Source: a virus. From it: 64,000 nucleotides of DNA. Position 1 is the first letter of the stretch, and each line of letters begins with the position of its first letter. Both the position numbers and the translations under genes were made by a program. The DNA lies in IMG/VR virus record IMGVR_UViG_3300032304_000650, positions 2,751-66,750 of that record; one strand, given 5' to 3'. A model generated the notes under the pieces. That model was not told the DNA's origin. It saw nothing but the letters and a program-made list of their open reading frames with translations, and searched no databases. Shown in pieces: positions 1-9,226 of the stretch.

Positions 1-149
1 CTACAGATAACTATTTGAAGAAAGGGCATGAGCTGTTTTCAGATACTATAGTTAGGTTTCAAAAGTGCATGGAGAACAATGAGTGGTACAAAGGATATGA
101 GTTCAATAATCCACATATTAAGATAGACTTACCATCATGGGTTAAATAA
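1..149 (+). CDS. C-terminal fragment of a RecE/exonuclease VIII-like (DUF3799-type) PD-(D/E)XK nuclease
   Basis: Frame 3 is open to TAA at 147-149 and ends ...FQKCMENNEWYKGYEFNNPHIKIDLPSWVK; the W.GY...I.LP.W tail is typical of this family. Truncated by the window edge. Confidence 0.55.
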   Translation, partial: TDNYLKKGHELFSDTIVRFQKCMENNEWYKGYEFNNPHIKIDLPSWVK

Positions 150-150
150 T

Positions 151-181
151 TTTGGTAGTTTCGCAAAAGATTGTATATTCG
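151..181 (+). promoter_or_regulatory. Bacteroidota sigma-A-type promoter (-33 TTTG, -7 TATATTCG)
   Basis: TTTG at 151-154, 19-nt spacer, TATATTCG at 174-181 (one mismatch to TAnnTTTG); intergenic. Confidence 0.55.
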
Positions 182-255
182 CAATATCATTTATTGTGTT
201 AATAGCAAAGGAGGGATAATTTCGGGAGATTTTCGTCCCTCCAAATTTATAAAAT

Positions 256-618
256 ATGGGAAGATTTGATACGCTCAAAATAAATACTAGGTTTCTGCCT
301 ATCAATGATGCGCAGGAGTTAGAAGACTTGTCTGACCTAGAATTCCAAACAAAGGATTTAGAAAGAGAATTTTTAGAATATGAAGTTGGAGAAGATGGCT
401 ATTTATATTATGAAGACTACGAATATGAAATGACCCCAACAGATAATCCAGAAAAACTTTTCAGCATTGAATTAAAAAAAATTAACCAAAAAATAAAAAA
501 GAGCTACCATACGGGTGATGTAGAATTTTACGGGAAACCTTGGGAACACATGTACACATTTAAAGCACAATTCCAAGATGGTAAATTAGTAAGAGTAGAC
601 CTTATAACCAAAGAATAG
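256..618 (+). CDS. hypothetical phage protein
   Basis: 120-aa ORF with A-rich leader; MGRFD...FQTKDL...G.V.FY pattern seen in phage proteins. Confidence 0.75.
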   Translation: MGRFDTLKINTRFLPINDAQELEDLSDLEFQTKDLEREFLEYEVGEDGYLYYEDYEYEMTPTDNPEKLFSIELKKINQKIKKSYHTGDVEFYGKPWEHMYTFKAQFQDGKLVRVDLITKE

Positions 619-631
619 CCATTGAAACCAT

Positions 632-871
632 ATGACCACAAAGACAAAAGGAATAACCAAAGCAAAACTAACCAAACATTACCCAAAGATTGCGAAGATT
701 GTAGACAGTATATGTGAAGACTATAAGTCTGACAATTATTGGTTCTACGTAAACTACAGCGGTAAGTATAAAGATAAACAAGGCAACCCTAGAACAGTTT
801 CTATGGGAGCTATATTAGAATTAATTACCAGCTATGGCTACGATGTAGAAATTATAGCTAAGAAGAAATAG
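632..871 (+). CDS. small protein, possible degenerate HTH
   Basis: 79-aa ORF; C-terminal ILELITSYGYDVEII resembles the end of XRE-type HTH proteins. Confidence 0.6.
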   Translation: MTTKTKGITKAKLTKHYPKIAKIVDSICEDYKSDNYWFYVNYSGKYKDKQGNPRTVSMGAILELITSYGYDVEIIAKKK

Positions 872-958
872 TTTAACGCGACATAGGTAACCCCCACCCC
901 CGCTATGTTTCTACATTGGCGGGTTATTTTTAAATTTTTAACCAATAAATAATATAAC

Positions 959-1243
959 ATGCAACAAGAAACACCAAAGAGAACGTCGTATGGCGCTTGG
1001 AAAAAGCAAACCCCAAGAGGGGAAGTAATTAACTTCACATTAAATGGACAGAGGTATAACATGTGGTTTAACTCAAAGAAAACTCAAGAGAAGCAACCAG
1101 ATTATAATATCTATGAAGATAACTACGTAAGCCCTAGCCAAGTAGTGCAAACGCAAGATGTACAAGCTCAAGTTGTACAATCACAACCTGTGAAACAGCC
1201 TCAGTCTGGATTCGTTCCAGAAAGCAACGGATTAAATTTCTAG
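959..1243 (+). CDS. putative single-stranded DNA-binding protein (DUF736-like)
   Basis: GAWKK...N..K...KQPDY.I core, Q-rich linker, C-terminal Phe; directly upstream of the primase-helicase. Confidence 0.6.
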   Translation: MQQETPKRTSYGAWKKQTPRGEVINFTLNGQRYNMWFNSKKTQEKQPDYNIYEDNYVSPSQVVQTQDVQAQVVQSQPVKQPQSGFVPESNGLNF

Positions 1244-1267
1244 TTTTTCTTTTTTAATTTTAATTTT

Positions 1268-1301
1268 CCCCTGTGAGTGTAATAACTTGCAGGGGTTTTT
1301 T
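1268..1301 (+). terminator. intrinsic terminator
   Basis: CCCCTGTGAG/CTTGCAGGGG stem followed by a T6 run. Confidence 0.7.
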
Positions 1302-1306
1302 GCCCT

Positions 1307-3127
1307 ATGAAATACGCAGTAACGATATTTGACAATATTAGGAATGTAACAAATCCTATAGAGAAAGACCTGAGAGAAGTATTAATGGCCATTAGAGATG
1401 GTGCATATAAGGAGCAAGTAGAAGCTATACGAAATTGTAAAGAAGACCACAAGATACCATCACTAAAACAAAATCTTCCATGTGTTTTATACGCTGGATT
1501 ATTTAATAAGGGTATAGAAAAGATTAATGAACGAGGCGAGAAGACAATCTCTTTTAGAGATGATAAATCCCTTACACTTCATAGCGGATTTGTACCTATT
1601 GATATGGATGGTATCAGTGATATAGAGGCAAAGAAGGAGGAGTTAAAAAAGAATCCGTACATATTTGCACTATGGACATCTGCAAGTGGCAAGGGTATTC
1701 ATGGTATTATTAAAATAGGTGATACCAATAAGCATGCAGAACATTATAAGGCTATATTAGATATGATTCAAGGGCTTGACCCAACAGCAAGAAACCCTTC
1801 AAGGGTGCTGTTTATGTCATACGACCCTAATATCTATATTAATAGCTCAGCTAGTATATTCTATAATATTTTAAAAGAAGAAGAGACAGCCCCTGCAAAC
1901 ATAAAATTCGGTGATGGATACACAGACTATAAAAAGATTGATGTAGCATCTAGAATGATTAGGCTAGCGCCAGACGGAGAGAAGCATCACATCTTATTGA
2001 AAGCTGCTCATCTTATGGGAGGGTATGTTGCTACAAAGCATATAGAATATAATATAGCTAAGGGCATCCTAGAGCATGAAATATCTAAGAAGGATGTAGA
2101 TAACATGGAGCTTGCTAAGAAGACTATTGAAGATGGACTTCGCCATGGCATGACTATGCCTATATCTGAACTAGAAACTTCATTTAGGGAGGCCACTAGA
2201 GAGATTGGTGTAATGGAGGAGGACTTATCTTTCCTTGCATCTAATACAAGAGACGATGATTTCATATATAAATTCAGGGCTGGATTGATACCTATGGGTC
2301 TACCATTTGGATATACCGAGCTAGACGAGCATTTAAGGCTCAAGGAGGGCGAATTTTACGCTTCCCTAGCACATAGTCACATTGGTAAGACAACGGTCAA
2401 TTTATGGCTTATATTCCTATCTGCGATTCATTACGATTGGAATTGGATGATGTATATGGGAGAGAATCAATCTGCGTCTATTAAGATGAAGCTTATGGAA
2501 TTCTTTATAGGCAAGAAGATTATACAGATGAATGACCACGAGCATAACGTAGCGCTTAAGTTTGTTGATGAGCATTTCTTTATTCTGTCTACGGATAATA
2601 TGTATACATACGGTGAGATACTTGAGCATGCTAAAGTGCTTATGCAATACAAGTCTCTTAAAGGTGTATTCATTGACCCGTACAATAGTTTAAAGATGGA
2701 GCTAACAGCTGCTAAGAATAAGTATATATACGACTATGAGGCATATAGCGAGATGCTAAACTTCACTAAAAAGTATAACACAACTATATTCTTATCTGTT
2801 CACACTACAACAGCTTCTCAAAGAGAAAGAGACAGCGAGGGTAATCAGAAGATGCCACACGCTGCTGATACAGAGGGAGGCGCTGCATTGTATAATAGAG
2901 TAGATTATTTTATAACACTGCATAGAAAGATTAAGTCTCAAGACGAGTGGATGTATACGCAAGTATCTATTGATAAGGTACGTAACGGGGAGACTGGAGG
3001 CAAGCCCACTAGGACTGGAAACCCTGTAATGATTAAGATGAACAGAGGTCTTGAGTTCACGGATATCAATGGAGCATTGCCTTTTGATAGAGAAAAGTTA
3101 TTAATAAAGTATAAATGTAGATTTTAG
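1307..3127 (+). CDS. primase (VirE-N/BT4734-like AEP) fused to DnaB-like SF4 helicase
   Basis: N-terminal KQNLP, HSGFVPIDMD, SASGKG, RVLFMSYDP; C-terminal Walker A AHSHIGKT, Walker B FIDPYN, and KVRNGETG. Confidence 0.85.
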   Translation: MKYAVTIFDNIRNVTNPIEKDLREVLMAIRDGAYKEQVEAIRNCKEDHKIPSLKQNLPCVLYAGLFNKGIEKINERGEKTISFRDDKSLTLHSGFVPIDMDGISDIEAKKEELKKNPYIFALWTSASGKGIHGIIKIGDTNKHAEHYKAILDMIQGLDPTARNPSRVLFMSYDPNIYINSSASIFYNILKEEETAPANIKFGDGYTDYKKIDVASRMIRLAPDGEKHHILLKAAHLMGGYVATKHIEYNIAKGILEHEISKKDVDNMELAKKTIEDGLRHGMTMPISELETSFREATREIGVMEEDLSFLASNTRDDDFIYKFRAGLIPMGLPFGYTELDEHLRLKEGEFYASLAHSHIGKTTVNLWLIFLSAIHYDWNWMMYMGENQSASIKMKLMEFFIGKKIIQMNDHEHNVALKFVDEHFFILSTDNMYTYGEILEHAKVLMQYKSLKGVFIDPYNSLKMELTAAKNKYIYDYEAYSEMLNFTKKYNTTIFLSVHTTTASQRERDSEGNQKMPHAADTEGGAALYNRVDYFITLHRKIKSQDEWMYTQVSIDKVRNGETGGKPTRTGNPVMIKMNRGLEFTDINGALPFDREKLLIKYKCRF

Positions 3128-3388
3128 ATGGCGAGCAATTATGTATTTATAGATGACCAAAGAATACCTATACTTGCGTATGACGTTAGTATAGCTGATT
3201 TAGAATTAAGAAAGAGTAAGGTTATAGAGTTTAAAACATTGAAGATTGCCGAGCAGAAGCTTGGTGTCGGTCAGAATGTTTTGAAGTTAGCTATCAAGAA
3301 AAAGGGCAGGGTTTTTTCTACCTTATATCAAAAAGAGTTTGCAATTAGATTTAAACCAAGTAAAAAAAATAAAAATGAAACCAATTAA
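3128..3388 (+). CDS. small DNA-binding protein (NUMOD1/HTH-like)
   Basis: 86 aa; EFKTLKIAEQKLGV resembles the NUMOD1 motif. Confidence 0.55.
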   Translation: MASNYVFIDDQRIPILAYDVSIADLELRKSKVIEFKTLKIAEQKLGVGQNVLKLAIKKKGRVFSTLYQKEFAIRFKPSKKNKNETN

Positions 3389-3785
3389 CGTAACATTTAA
3401 TGTAGGCTCTAATGAAGAGCGTCAGTTTGAAGAGTGTAAAGTCATGTATGACAAGTTCCAGAAGTTTGTATCAAAACAGATTGACTGTTCTAACCCACAA
3501 GAAATTATAGCTCACCTAACAGAGATATCATCCATACTTGGGATGGGGGCTGTTTGTAAGGCTACCCTTGAATACCTAACAGATAAGCTAGCTGTAAAGG
3601 CTATGATGAATATAAAGGACGAGGAGGGTAGTGCAAACGAGCGCAAGGTGATGCTGTCTTTTGCTATTGGAGATTGTTCTTTTTACAATAATGTAATGGA
3701 GCTGTTAATCAAAGAGGCTCATTATAAAATAGAAATATTAAGAACTTCTTTGTCATATTGCAAAAGTGAGTTAGCTTTGTCTTAA
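3375..3785 (+). CDS. hypothetical helical protein (possible recombination mediator)
   Basis: ATG at 3375 after an A-rich leader; C-terminal RTSLSYCKSEL helix. Confidence 0.6.
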   Translation: MKPINVTFNVGSNEERQFEECKVMYDKFQKFVSKQIDCSNPQEIIAHLTEISSILGMGAVCKATLEYLTDKLAVKAMMNIKDEEGSANERKVMLSFAIGDCSFYNNVMELLIKEAHYKIEILRTSLSYCKSELALS

Positions 3786-4144
3786 TGAAGCAAATAAAAA
3801 AGGTTCACAAGCATGGCAAAAAGTTTGATTCTAAACTAGAGTTATACTTCTATGAGCTTCTTCGTAGTAGCAATATACCATTTGACTTTCAAGTATGCTA
3901 TGAAATGGTTCCATCGTTTAAGTATAGTGGGAAAACTGTTAGACCAATGACGCTTACTGTTGACTTTGATTTTACAGGGTATGGTAAGAATGTTATTGTA
4001 GACACAAAAGGGTTCTGGAGAAATGATAATAAACTTAAATGGAAGTTCTTTCAGTGGGGCATGAGTGACGTACAGCCAAAATTATTTTTTCCAAAATCGC
4101 AAAAAGAATGCCTAGAAGTTTTGGAATTGATAAAAAAGTTGTAG
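3785..4144 (+). CDS. DUF1064-like PD-(D/E)XK endonuclease
   Basis: KFDSKLE, VDF and IVDTKG motifs. Confidence 0.8.
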   Translation: MKQIKKVHKHGKKFDSKLELYFYELLRSSNIPFDFQVCYEMVPSFKYSGKTVRPMTLTVDFDFTGYGKNVIVDTKGFWRNDNKLKWKFFQWGMSDVQPKLFFPKSQKECLEVLELIKKL

Positions 4145-4178
4145 TTTAGCAAAACCAATTACTAACCCATCTATACAC

Positions 4179-5225
4179 ATGAGCAAAAAAGAATTTAGAC
4201 CAAGACTCACTCCAGACGAAATGGTCATCCTACAAGACATACGTAGCAAGCATTCCGCATTAGAAAAAGAATGTAAAGAACAAGGTCTTCCAGTAGAAGA
4301 TGTAAAACATTACTGGTTCAAAGGAGAACACTTCTCTATCAACTTAAAAGGGCAAAGCCAAAAGTCTTACGATGATATCAAAGATGATATTATTGCAGAA
4401 ATGAAAGCACATGCGCCTAAGTATGATAAGCTTAAGAGAGATAAAGAGAATCTAAAAATAGACAGTCATTTGTTGATTATTGACCCTGCAGATGTGCATA
4501 TAGGCAAGTTAGCTGTAGCTTCTGAGACAGGCGACGATTACAATAGTATTGTTGCTGTTAGACGTGTGATGGAAGGGGTCTATGGTATTGTAGAAAAGGC
4601 TTCTGCCTTCAAGACTGATAGAATATTATATATCATTGGTAATGACATTTTACATATAGATACCCCTAAAAGACAGACTACAAGTGGCACTCCACAGGAT
4701 ACTGATGGCATGTGGTATGATAACTTTTTGATTGCTAGAAAGTTACATGTTGAAATGATAGAAGTATTAAGAGAGATTGCTGACGTACACGTTCAGTATG
4801 ACCCATCTAATCACGACTATACTAATGGATTCTTTTTAGCAGATAGCATTCAGTCTTGGTTTCACAATGACCAACACGTAAGCTTTAACTGTTCTCCTGC
4901 GCATAGAAAGTATTTTCACTACCATAATAACCTTATAGGTACTACGCATGGAGATGGAGCTAAAGAGAATGATTTACCATTGTTAATGGCACACGAAGCA
5001 AAGCAAGAGTGGAGTATATCAGACCATAAATACTTCTACACACACCATATTCACCACAAACGTTCTAAAGATATTATGGGCGTAACCATTGAATCACTAA
5101 GAAGTCCTAGCGGAGCAGATAGTTGGCATCACCGAAATGGTTATGTCCATTCACCAAAAGCAATAGAAGGCTTCTTACACCATAAAATACATGGACAGAT
5201 AGCTAGATTTACGCATCTGTTTTAA
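4179..5225 (+). CDS. calcineurin-like metallophosphoesterase
   Basis: DVHIG, GND, NHD, HGD and HHIHH metal-binding motifs. Confidence 0.85.
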   Translation: MSKKEFRPRLTPDEMVILQDIRSKHSALEKECKEQGLPVEDVKHYWFKGEHFSINLKGQSQKSYDDIKDDIIAEMKAHAPKYDKLKRDKENLKIDSHLLIIDPADVHIGKLAVASETGDDYNSIVAVRRVMEGVYGIVEKASAFKTDRILYIIGNDILHIDTPKRQTTSGTPQDTDGMWYDNFLIARKLHVEMIEVLREIADVHVQYDPSNHDYTNGFFLADSIQSWFHNDQHVSFNCSPAHRKYFHYHNNLIGTTHGDGAKENDLPLLMAHEAKQEWSISDHKYFYTHHIHHKRSKDIMGVTIESLRSPSGADSWHHRNGYVHSPKAIEGFLHHKIHGQIARFTHLF

Positions 5226-5231
5226 AGATAT

Positions 5232-5306
5232 TCCACCTCAAGTAAATTAAAATTTAAATATTAATAACCAATATAGTAATTAGGGGAAGCTTGGGGTGGA
5301 TTTTTT
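5232..5306 (+). terminator. stem with 47-nt loop and T-run (probable terminator)
   Basis: TCCACCTCAAG (5232-5242) pairs with CTTGGGGTGGA (5290-5300), followed by T6. Confidence 0.45.
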
Positions 5307-5496
5307 AATTTGCGTATATGTAAGATAATAAGAATGGGTCGTTTATATCAGTAGTTACACCATTATCATAAGATAAGAAGTCATCTAGATAACCTTCTTC
5401 TAATTCTTTTATAATATCTTTACTTGAGCATAAATAAAGTCTTTTAAACTCTATATCATCAGCATGCTTGTCTATTTGATGGACGGCTATAATCAT
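5305..5496 (-). CDS. hypothetical protein
   Basis: ORF MIIAVHQ...; starting at 5496 avoids overlap with the plus-strand neighbour. Confidence 0.4.
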   Translation of the reverse strand: MIIAVHQIDKHADDIEFKRLYLCSSKDIIKELEEGYLDDFLSYDNGVTTDINDPFLLSYIYAN

Positions 5497-5511
5497 AAAA
5501 TAAATTGTATC

Positions 5512-5679
5512 ATGAAGGTAATAAAAACAACTGAATCTGCTCAAGATAGATTACACATAGCAGACTTAATAAAGGAAAGAGATAAGTATCAAGTTATAGT
5601 GAATATACTTAATGATAAGATAAGGGAATTGGTATACAAATACGATAATGCTAAGATTGATTACAGCAAAAAAGACTAG
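5512..5679 (+). CDS. small coiled-coil protein
   Basis: MKVIKTTESAQDRL..., last gene of the plus-strand arm. Confidence 0.55.
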   Translation: MKVIKTTESAQDRLHIADLIKERDKYQVIVNILNDKIRELVYKYDNAKIDYSKKD

Positions 5680-5683
5680 CGTC

Positions 5684-5875
5684 TTATTTTGATTTTTTTA
5701 ACTCCTTGAGTTTGAGGTAGATATTAATACATAAATATGTAATAGATAACCCAGAGATTATTAAGGTTAGAATCATATTTATATTAGATAGATTGAATAT
5801 TGTCATTAAGTTTAAGGCAACAGCACCTACTGTGCTTGATACTCCTACTTCGTCTGAAATTTTAAAATGTTCCAT
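5684..5875 (-). CDS. holin-like small membrane protein
   Basis: Two hydrophobic segments and a basic C-terminus; in the lysis region; promoter element at 5896-5903. Confidence 0.6.
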   Translation of the reverse strand: MEHFKISDEVGVSSTVGAVALNLMTIFNLSNINMILTLIISGLSITYLCINIYLKLKELKKSK

Positions 5876-5907
5876 CTATTGTATTAATTATTGTGCAAAT
5901 ATATAAA

Positions 5908-6189
5908 TTATTTCTTACTAGATTTACCATTCCTTCCATTGCGTGCTCTGTTTGACGATTGACTTTCTAGTGACATTTTGCCATCTTTTTTATGACTCAT
6001 ATCTTTACCATCACCATTGCCATATGTTCCAGCCTTTCTGTTAGCTTGATTTAATTCAGCTCTATACTTCTTCTGCTTATCAGTAGAGGCATACTTCTTA
6101 TCATATGCTCTTTTACGAGCAATAGAACTAGGACTCCATCCTAACTTAAGATAACTTGGGTGTTTACCCGCTAATTTATTCTTAGGCAT
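5908..6189 (-). CDS. basic protein with degenerate HNH-like motif
   Basis: GDGKDMSH...SSNRARN pattern of short phage HNH-like proteins. Confidence 0.6.
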   Translation of the reverse strand: MPKNKLAGKHPSYLKLGWSPSSIARKRAYDKKYASTDKQKKYRAELNQANRKAGTYGNGDGKDMSHKKDGKMSLESQSSNRARNGRNGKSSKK

Positions 6190-6271
6190 TCTTTACAATG
6201 TTTTTAAGGTCATCCAAAGATACTGATTGTATTGCTATACTCGCAGGCTGTGGTGCTTCGTTATTTGCCAT
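6182..6271 (-). CDS. 29-aa peptide (not in ORF track)
   Basis: MANNEAPQPASIAIQSVSLDDLKNIVKNA; overlaps both neighbours in typical coupled fashion. Confidence 0.35.
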   Translation of the reverse strand: MANNEAPQPASIAIQSVSLDDLKNIVKNA

Positions 6272-6506
6272 GTATTATTTTTTTTACGTCTGGACAATCT
6301 GATTCAGATACTTGTTCAACTATACTTATGTATCTACCTTTCTCAAATATTTCTATATCTAACTCGCTTTTAAGAGAATCTATTAAAACAGCATCTGTTT
6401 TTTTTATATCATTTAATCTAGCTATTTCTCTTGAGCTTACTATAATTATAAACACAAGGCATGTAAATATAAATGCAACAAGCATTGAAACAGCATTCTT
6501 CTCCAT
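6261..6506 (-). CDS. membrane-anchored coiled-coil protein (spanin-like)
   Basis: N-terminal TM helix; follows the endolysin. Confidence 0.5.
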   Translation of the reverse strand: MEKNAVSMLVAFIFTCLVFIIIVSSREIARLNDIKKTDAVLIDSLKSELDIEIFEKGRYISIVEQVSESDCPDVKKIIHGK

Positions 6507-7102
6507 TAGGATAACAGTTGATGATATTCTTTAAAGTGTTTTATCCTGTCAGCTAATCCAATAGTTCCACCATTTACTTTCTTAGTAACCTTTGTTACAA
6601 CCTCGTCTGTTGCTCCTTGGTCAGCAACTGCATTCAATCCAGTCTTAGACCAAAACCATGCAGCAGATAAAAGTGGGTACTTTGTAGCTACTAAATCAGG
6701 ATTTGCTTCAATGTTATCTTCAACAGTCTTATCAAATGCTTGGTAGTTAGTCTTACCAGTTAATTGAATATAACCTCTACCACGAAACTTAAATCCATCT
6801 CCACTAGCTTGATTGCCATTACCCATTCTGTTTGCATATACAATGTTAGCAATCTTCTCAGGCTTACGCTGATACTCAGCAGCACTCTCAGGAGTGAAAT
6901 ACTTTTTAAATATACCTACAAGACCTTTAGCACTATAGTTTAAGTTTTCTGTAGTAACTCTAAATCCTCCACTCTCGTGTCCTGTTTGAGCTAAAAAATG
7001 TGCTAAACGTATTGGTGTATTAACACCAAACTTTTGAGACACTTCAGGAATCTGCTTGATAACAGAATCAGGTATATGCCCCTTCAATTTATCTAAATTC
7101 AT
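6506..7102 (-). CDS. glycoside hydrolase family 19 endolysin
   Basis: AHFLAQTGHESG, ENLNYS, FRGRGYIQLTGK.NY, SAAWFW, VNGG..GLADR motifs. Confidence 0.92.
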   Translation of the reverse strand: MNLDKLKGHIPDSVIKQIPEVSQKFGVNTPIRLAHFLAQTGHESGGFRVTTENLNYSAKGLVGIFKKYFTPESAAEYQRKPEKIANIVYANRMGNGNQASGDGFKFRGRGYIQLTGKTNYQAFDKTVEDNIEANPDLVATKYPLLSAAWFWSKTGLNAVADQGATDEVVTKVTKKVNGGTIGLADRIKHFKEYHQLLS

Positions 7103-7103
7103 T

Positions 7104-7349
7104 TTACTTTTCCTTTATATTTTTATTACCAAATACAGCTTCTACGCCAGTGATACCACACATAGTTAGTGCTGTATACATAAGGCCGTTAAATACGATA
7201 GGTTCAATAACAAATGCAATACCCATTGCACCTGTAACTACATCTGTGATAGCATAGATAGCCATTAACAGAAACGATACAAACCCTAATACAGCCTTTT
7301 GATTTACGTCAGACTTATCGCTGAACATTCTAAGTAAAAATTCTTTCAT
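7104..7349 (-). CDS. putative holin
   Basis: 81 aa with two TM helices, immediately upstream of the endolysin. Confidence 0.65.
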   Translation of the reverse strand: MKEFLLRMFSDKSDVNQKAVLGFVSFLLMAIYAITDVVTGAMGIAFVIEPIVFNGLMYTALTMCGITGVEAVFGNKNIKEK

Positions 7350-7351
7350 GT

Positions 7352-7954
7352 TTATTTTATTTTCCAGTAAATAGATGCGTTAACAAATGGTGTCTTATTG
7401 ATGTCAACACCAGCTCCTATGTTATATAACTTATCACATTTGGTATTCAATAGTAAGTTAACCTGTATGTTGTTTACAAAGTTAACCTTGTCAAATGAAG
7501 CTCCTACACCCCAAAAAATCTTAGTCTTAGGTAGCTCCTTTACAATTGTAGTCTCTTTGATTGTTCTTTGCTTTACATTAGCTGTAAACATTCTAGACTC
7601 AATAGTATTCTTACTAATAGTATCCAATAATATAACATATCCTAAACTATCTGGTAGACGTAGGGTATCCTTGTATACGTTCTTAGCAAAATACATTTTA
7701 ATAATTTCTAATGTGTCTACATTCATTGGAACTTGTACGAAGATTGTCGTATCGTGGTAGATATCTTTACCTTGCTTAGTAATGACTTTGGTCTTAATAA
7801 TGTCAACAGTGTCTATCTCATGCTTTATAACCTCATAAGGTTTGCCTGCAACATATTTTATCTTAGGTGAGAATGGGTTCTTTACTCCTGTCATCTTTGA
7901 GAACACAAGCAAGACAACTATCACCAAAACTGCTATTTGTAATATCTTTTTCAT
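7352..7954 (-). CDS. Bacteroidota-phage lysis accessory (spanin-like) protein
   Basis: N-terminal TM, DT-rich strands, C-terminal amphipathic beta strands ending YWKIK; in the lysis cassette. Confidence 0.55.
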   Translation of the reverse strand: MKKILQIAVLVIVVLLVFSKMTGVKNPFSPKIKYVAGKPYEVIKHEIDTVDIIKTKVITKQGKDIYHDTTIFVQVPMNVDTLEIIKMYFAKNVYKDTLRLPDSLGYVILLDTISKNTIESRMFTANVKQRTIKETTIVKELPKTKIFWGVGASFDKVNFVNNIQVNLLLNTKCDKLYNIGAGVDINKTPFVNASIYWKIK

Positions 7955-7963
7955 ATGGCAAAT

Positions 7964-9226
7964 TTAAAGATTAAATTTCGTACCTACTAATAGGCCTATC
8001 ATGTTGGTTGGGTACATGTATTTTACGTTAGTGCTTAGTCTAAAACGCTTAGATATGGCTATATCAAATGATGACCCTATAATATAGGTCATTTGGCTAG
8101 TAGCCGCAAAGTCCTTTGACTTACTAGAGTAAGATAAAGGGTTAGACATTATAAATAACTCAGGGGTAATGCCTAGTCTTTTGCTGTAAGTAATAGGCTT
8201 CATACCAAACAGCACTATAGAAGATGCCCAAAACTGCTGTTTTGCACTCTCAAATGGAATAGATGTATTGATAAGGCTTAAGGCATAACCATAGACATAT
8301 GACTTATGCGTCATTACATATGAATTTCCTATAATATGTAGTAAATCTCCTGCATTATAAGCTAGCGTATATGACATTGTAGAAATACCACATAATTTAC
8401 CATTCTGTATGTTCATTTTAGAATACCTCGTAGATAGGGCAAATTGCCTTAAATTTGAGAAGATTGTAAGTGTTGAGCCATAAGATACGTCTCCTGCCAT
8501 AGATGCCCTAGAAACGCCTAAATTTGCCATTAAATTGAACTCACCTTGAATCTGTTGAACCGCACTCATATCAGACGAAAAAATCAATGGCGTTTGGCCT
8601 GCTTTTGCGGAAGACTTTTTCTTTTCTTCCTTCTTTTCTTCTTTTTTCTCTTCCTTTTTCTCCTCGGATTTTTCTTCACTCTTGCTTTCAGATTTGCTTT
8701 CAGAAGATTCAGAACTGCTTTCGCTAGAAGATGAGCTACTTTCGCTACTTGATGATGATTCACTAGAGCTATTCTGACTACTTGACGAGCTAGATGAAGA
8801 TGATGCTGCTGGTGCAGGTGCTGGAGCAGGTGGAGGTGCTGCACTTGCTGCCGCAGATGATGCTGCTGATGATGCCGCTGAACTTGCTGCACTTGAAGCT
8901 GCCGCACTAGCTGTAGAGGCAATTGTATTAGCTACTGTCTGCTGTGTTAATTGCTGTGCTAATTGAGCAACAGGGCATGGCGCTGAATACTCTGCATATA
9001 CTTGATTTACCCACTGCATTAAAGCCCCTGACTTTACATCATTAGCTGTTATATATTTAGACTTACCCATAAAGGTAAGCGTAGTGCCTTGTAGTGGAAC
9101 TATAAATACAGTTACATTCTTACTGCATGGGTCTACGAATGTACTCGTAAGTATCTGAGAGTATGAAAATAAAGGTAGTAATACTACTACCAATAGAGAT
9201 AAAATAAATTTATTTAGGGAATACAT
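7964..9226 (-). CDS. secreted protein with Ser/Ala/Glu-Lys linker and C-terminal beta-barrel-like domain
   Basis: Signal peptide MYSLNKFILSLLVVVLLPLFSYSQ; low-complexity linker at about 8590-8910; alternating beta strands ending TKFNL. Confidence 0.65.
   Translation of the reverse strand: MYSLNKFILSLLVVVLLPLFSYSQILTSTFVDPCSKNVTVFIVPLQGTTLTFMGKSKYITANDVKSGALMQWVNQVYAEYSAPCPVAQLAQQLTQQTVANTIASTASAAASSAASSAASSAASSAAASAAPPPAPAPAPAASSSSSSSSSQNSSSESSSSSESSSSSSESSSESSESKSESKSEEKSEEKKEEKKEEKKEEKKKSSAKAGQTPLIFSSDMSAVQQIQGEFNLMANLGVSRASMAGDVSYGSTLTIFSNLRQFALSTRYSKMNIQNGKLCGISTMSYTLAYNAGDLLHIIGNSYVMTHKSYVYGYALSLINTSIPFESAKQQFWASSIVLFGMKPITYSKRLGITPELFIMSNPLSYSSKSKDFAATSQMTYIIGSSFDIAISKRFRLSTNVKYMYPTNMIGLLVGTKFNL

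Noticed and set aside
210-242. GGAGGGAT/GTCCCTCC leader hairpin as a riboswitch
   Set aside because: Single stem only, with no recognisable aptamer.
880-926. HDV-like/theta ribozyme (7-bp P1 starting with a G-U pair)
   Set aside because: P3 and P1.1 cannot form from the C-only loop, and no adjacent tRNA is seen.
8584-8922. His/Gln/Lys-rich alternate-frame ORF
   Set aside because: By-product of the low-complexity Ser/Ala linker codons in the overlapping gene.
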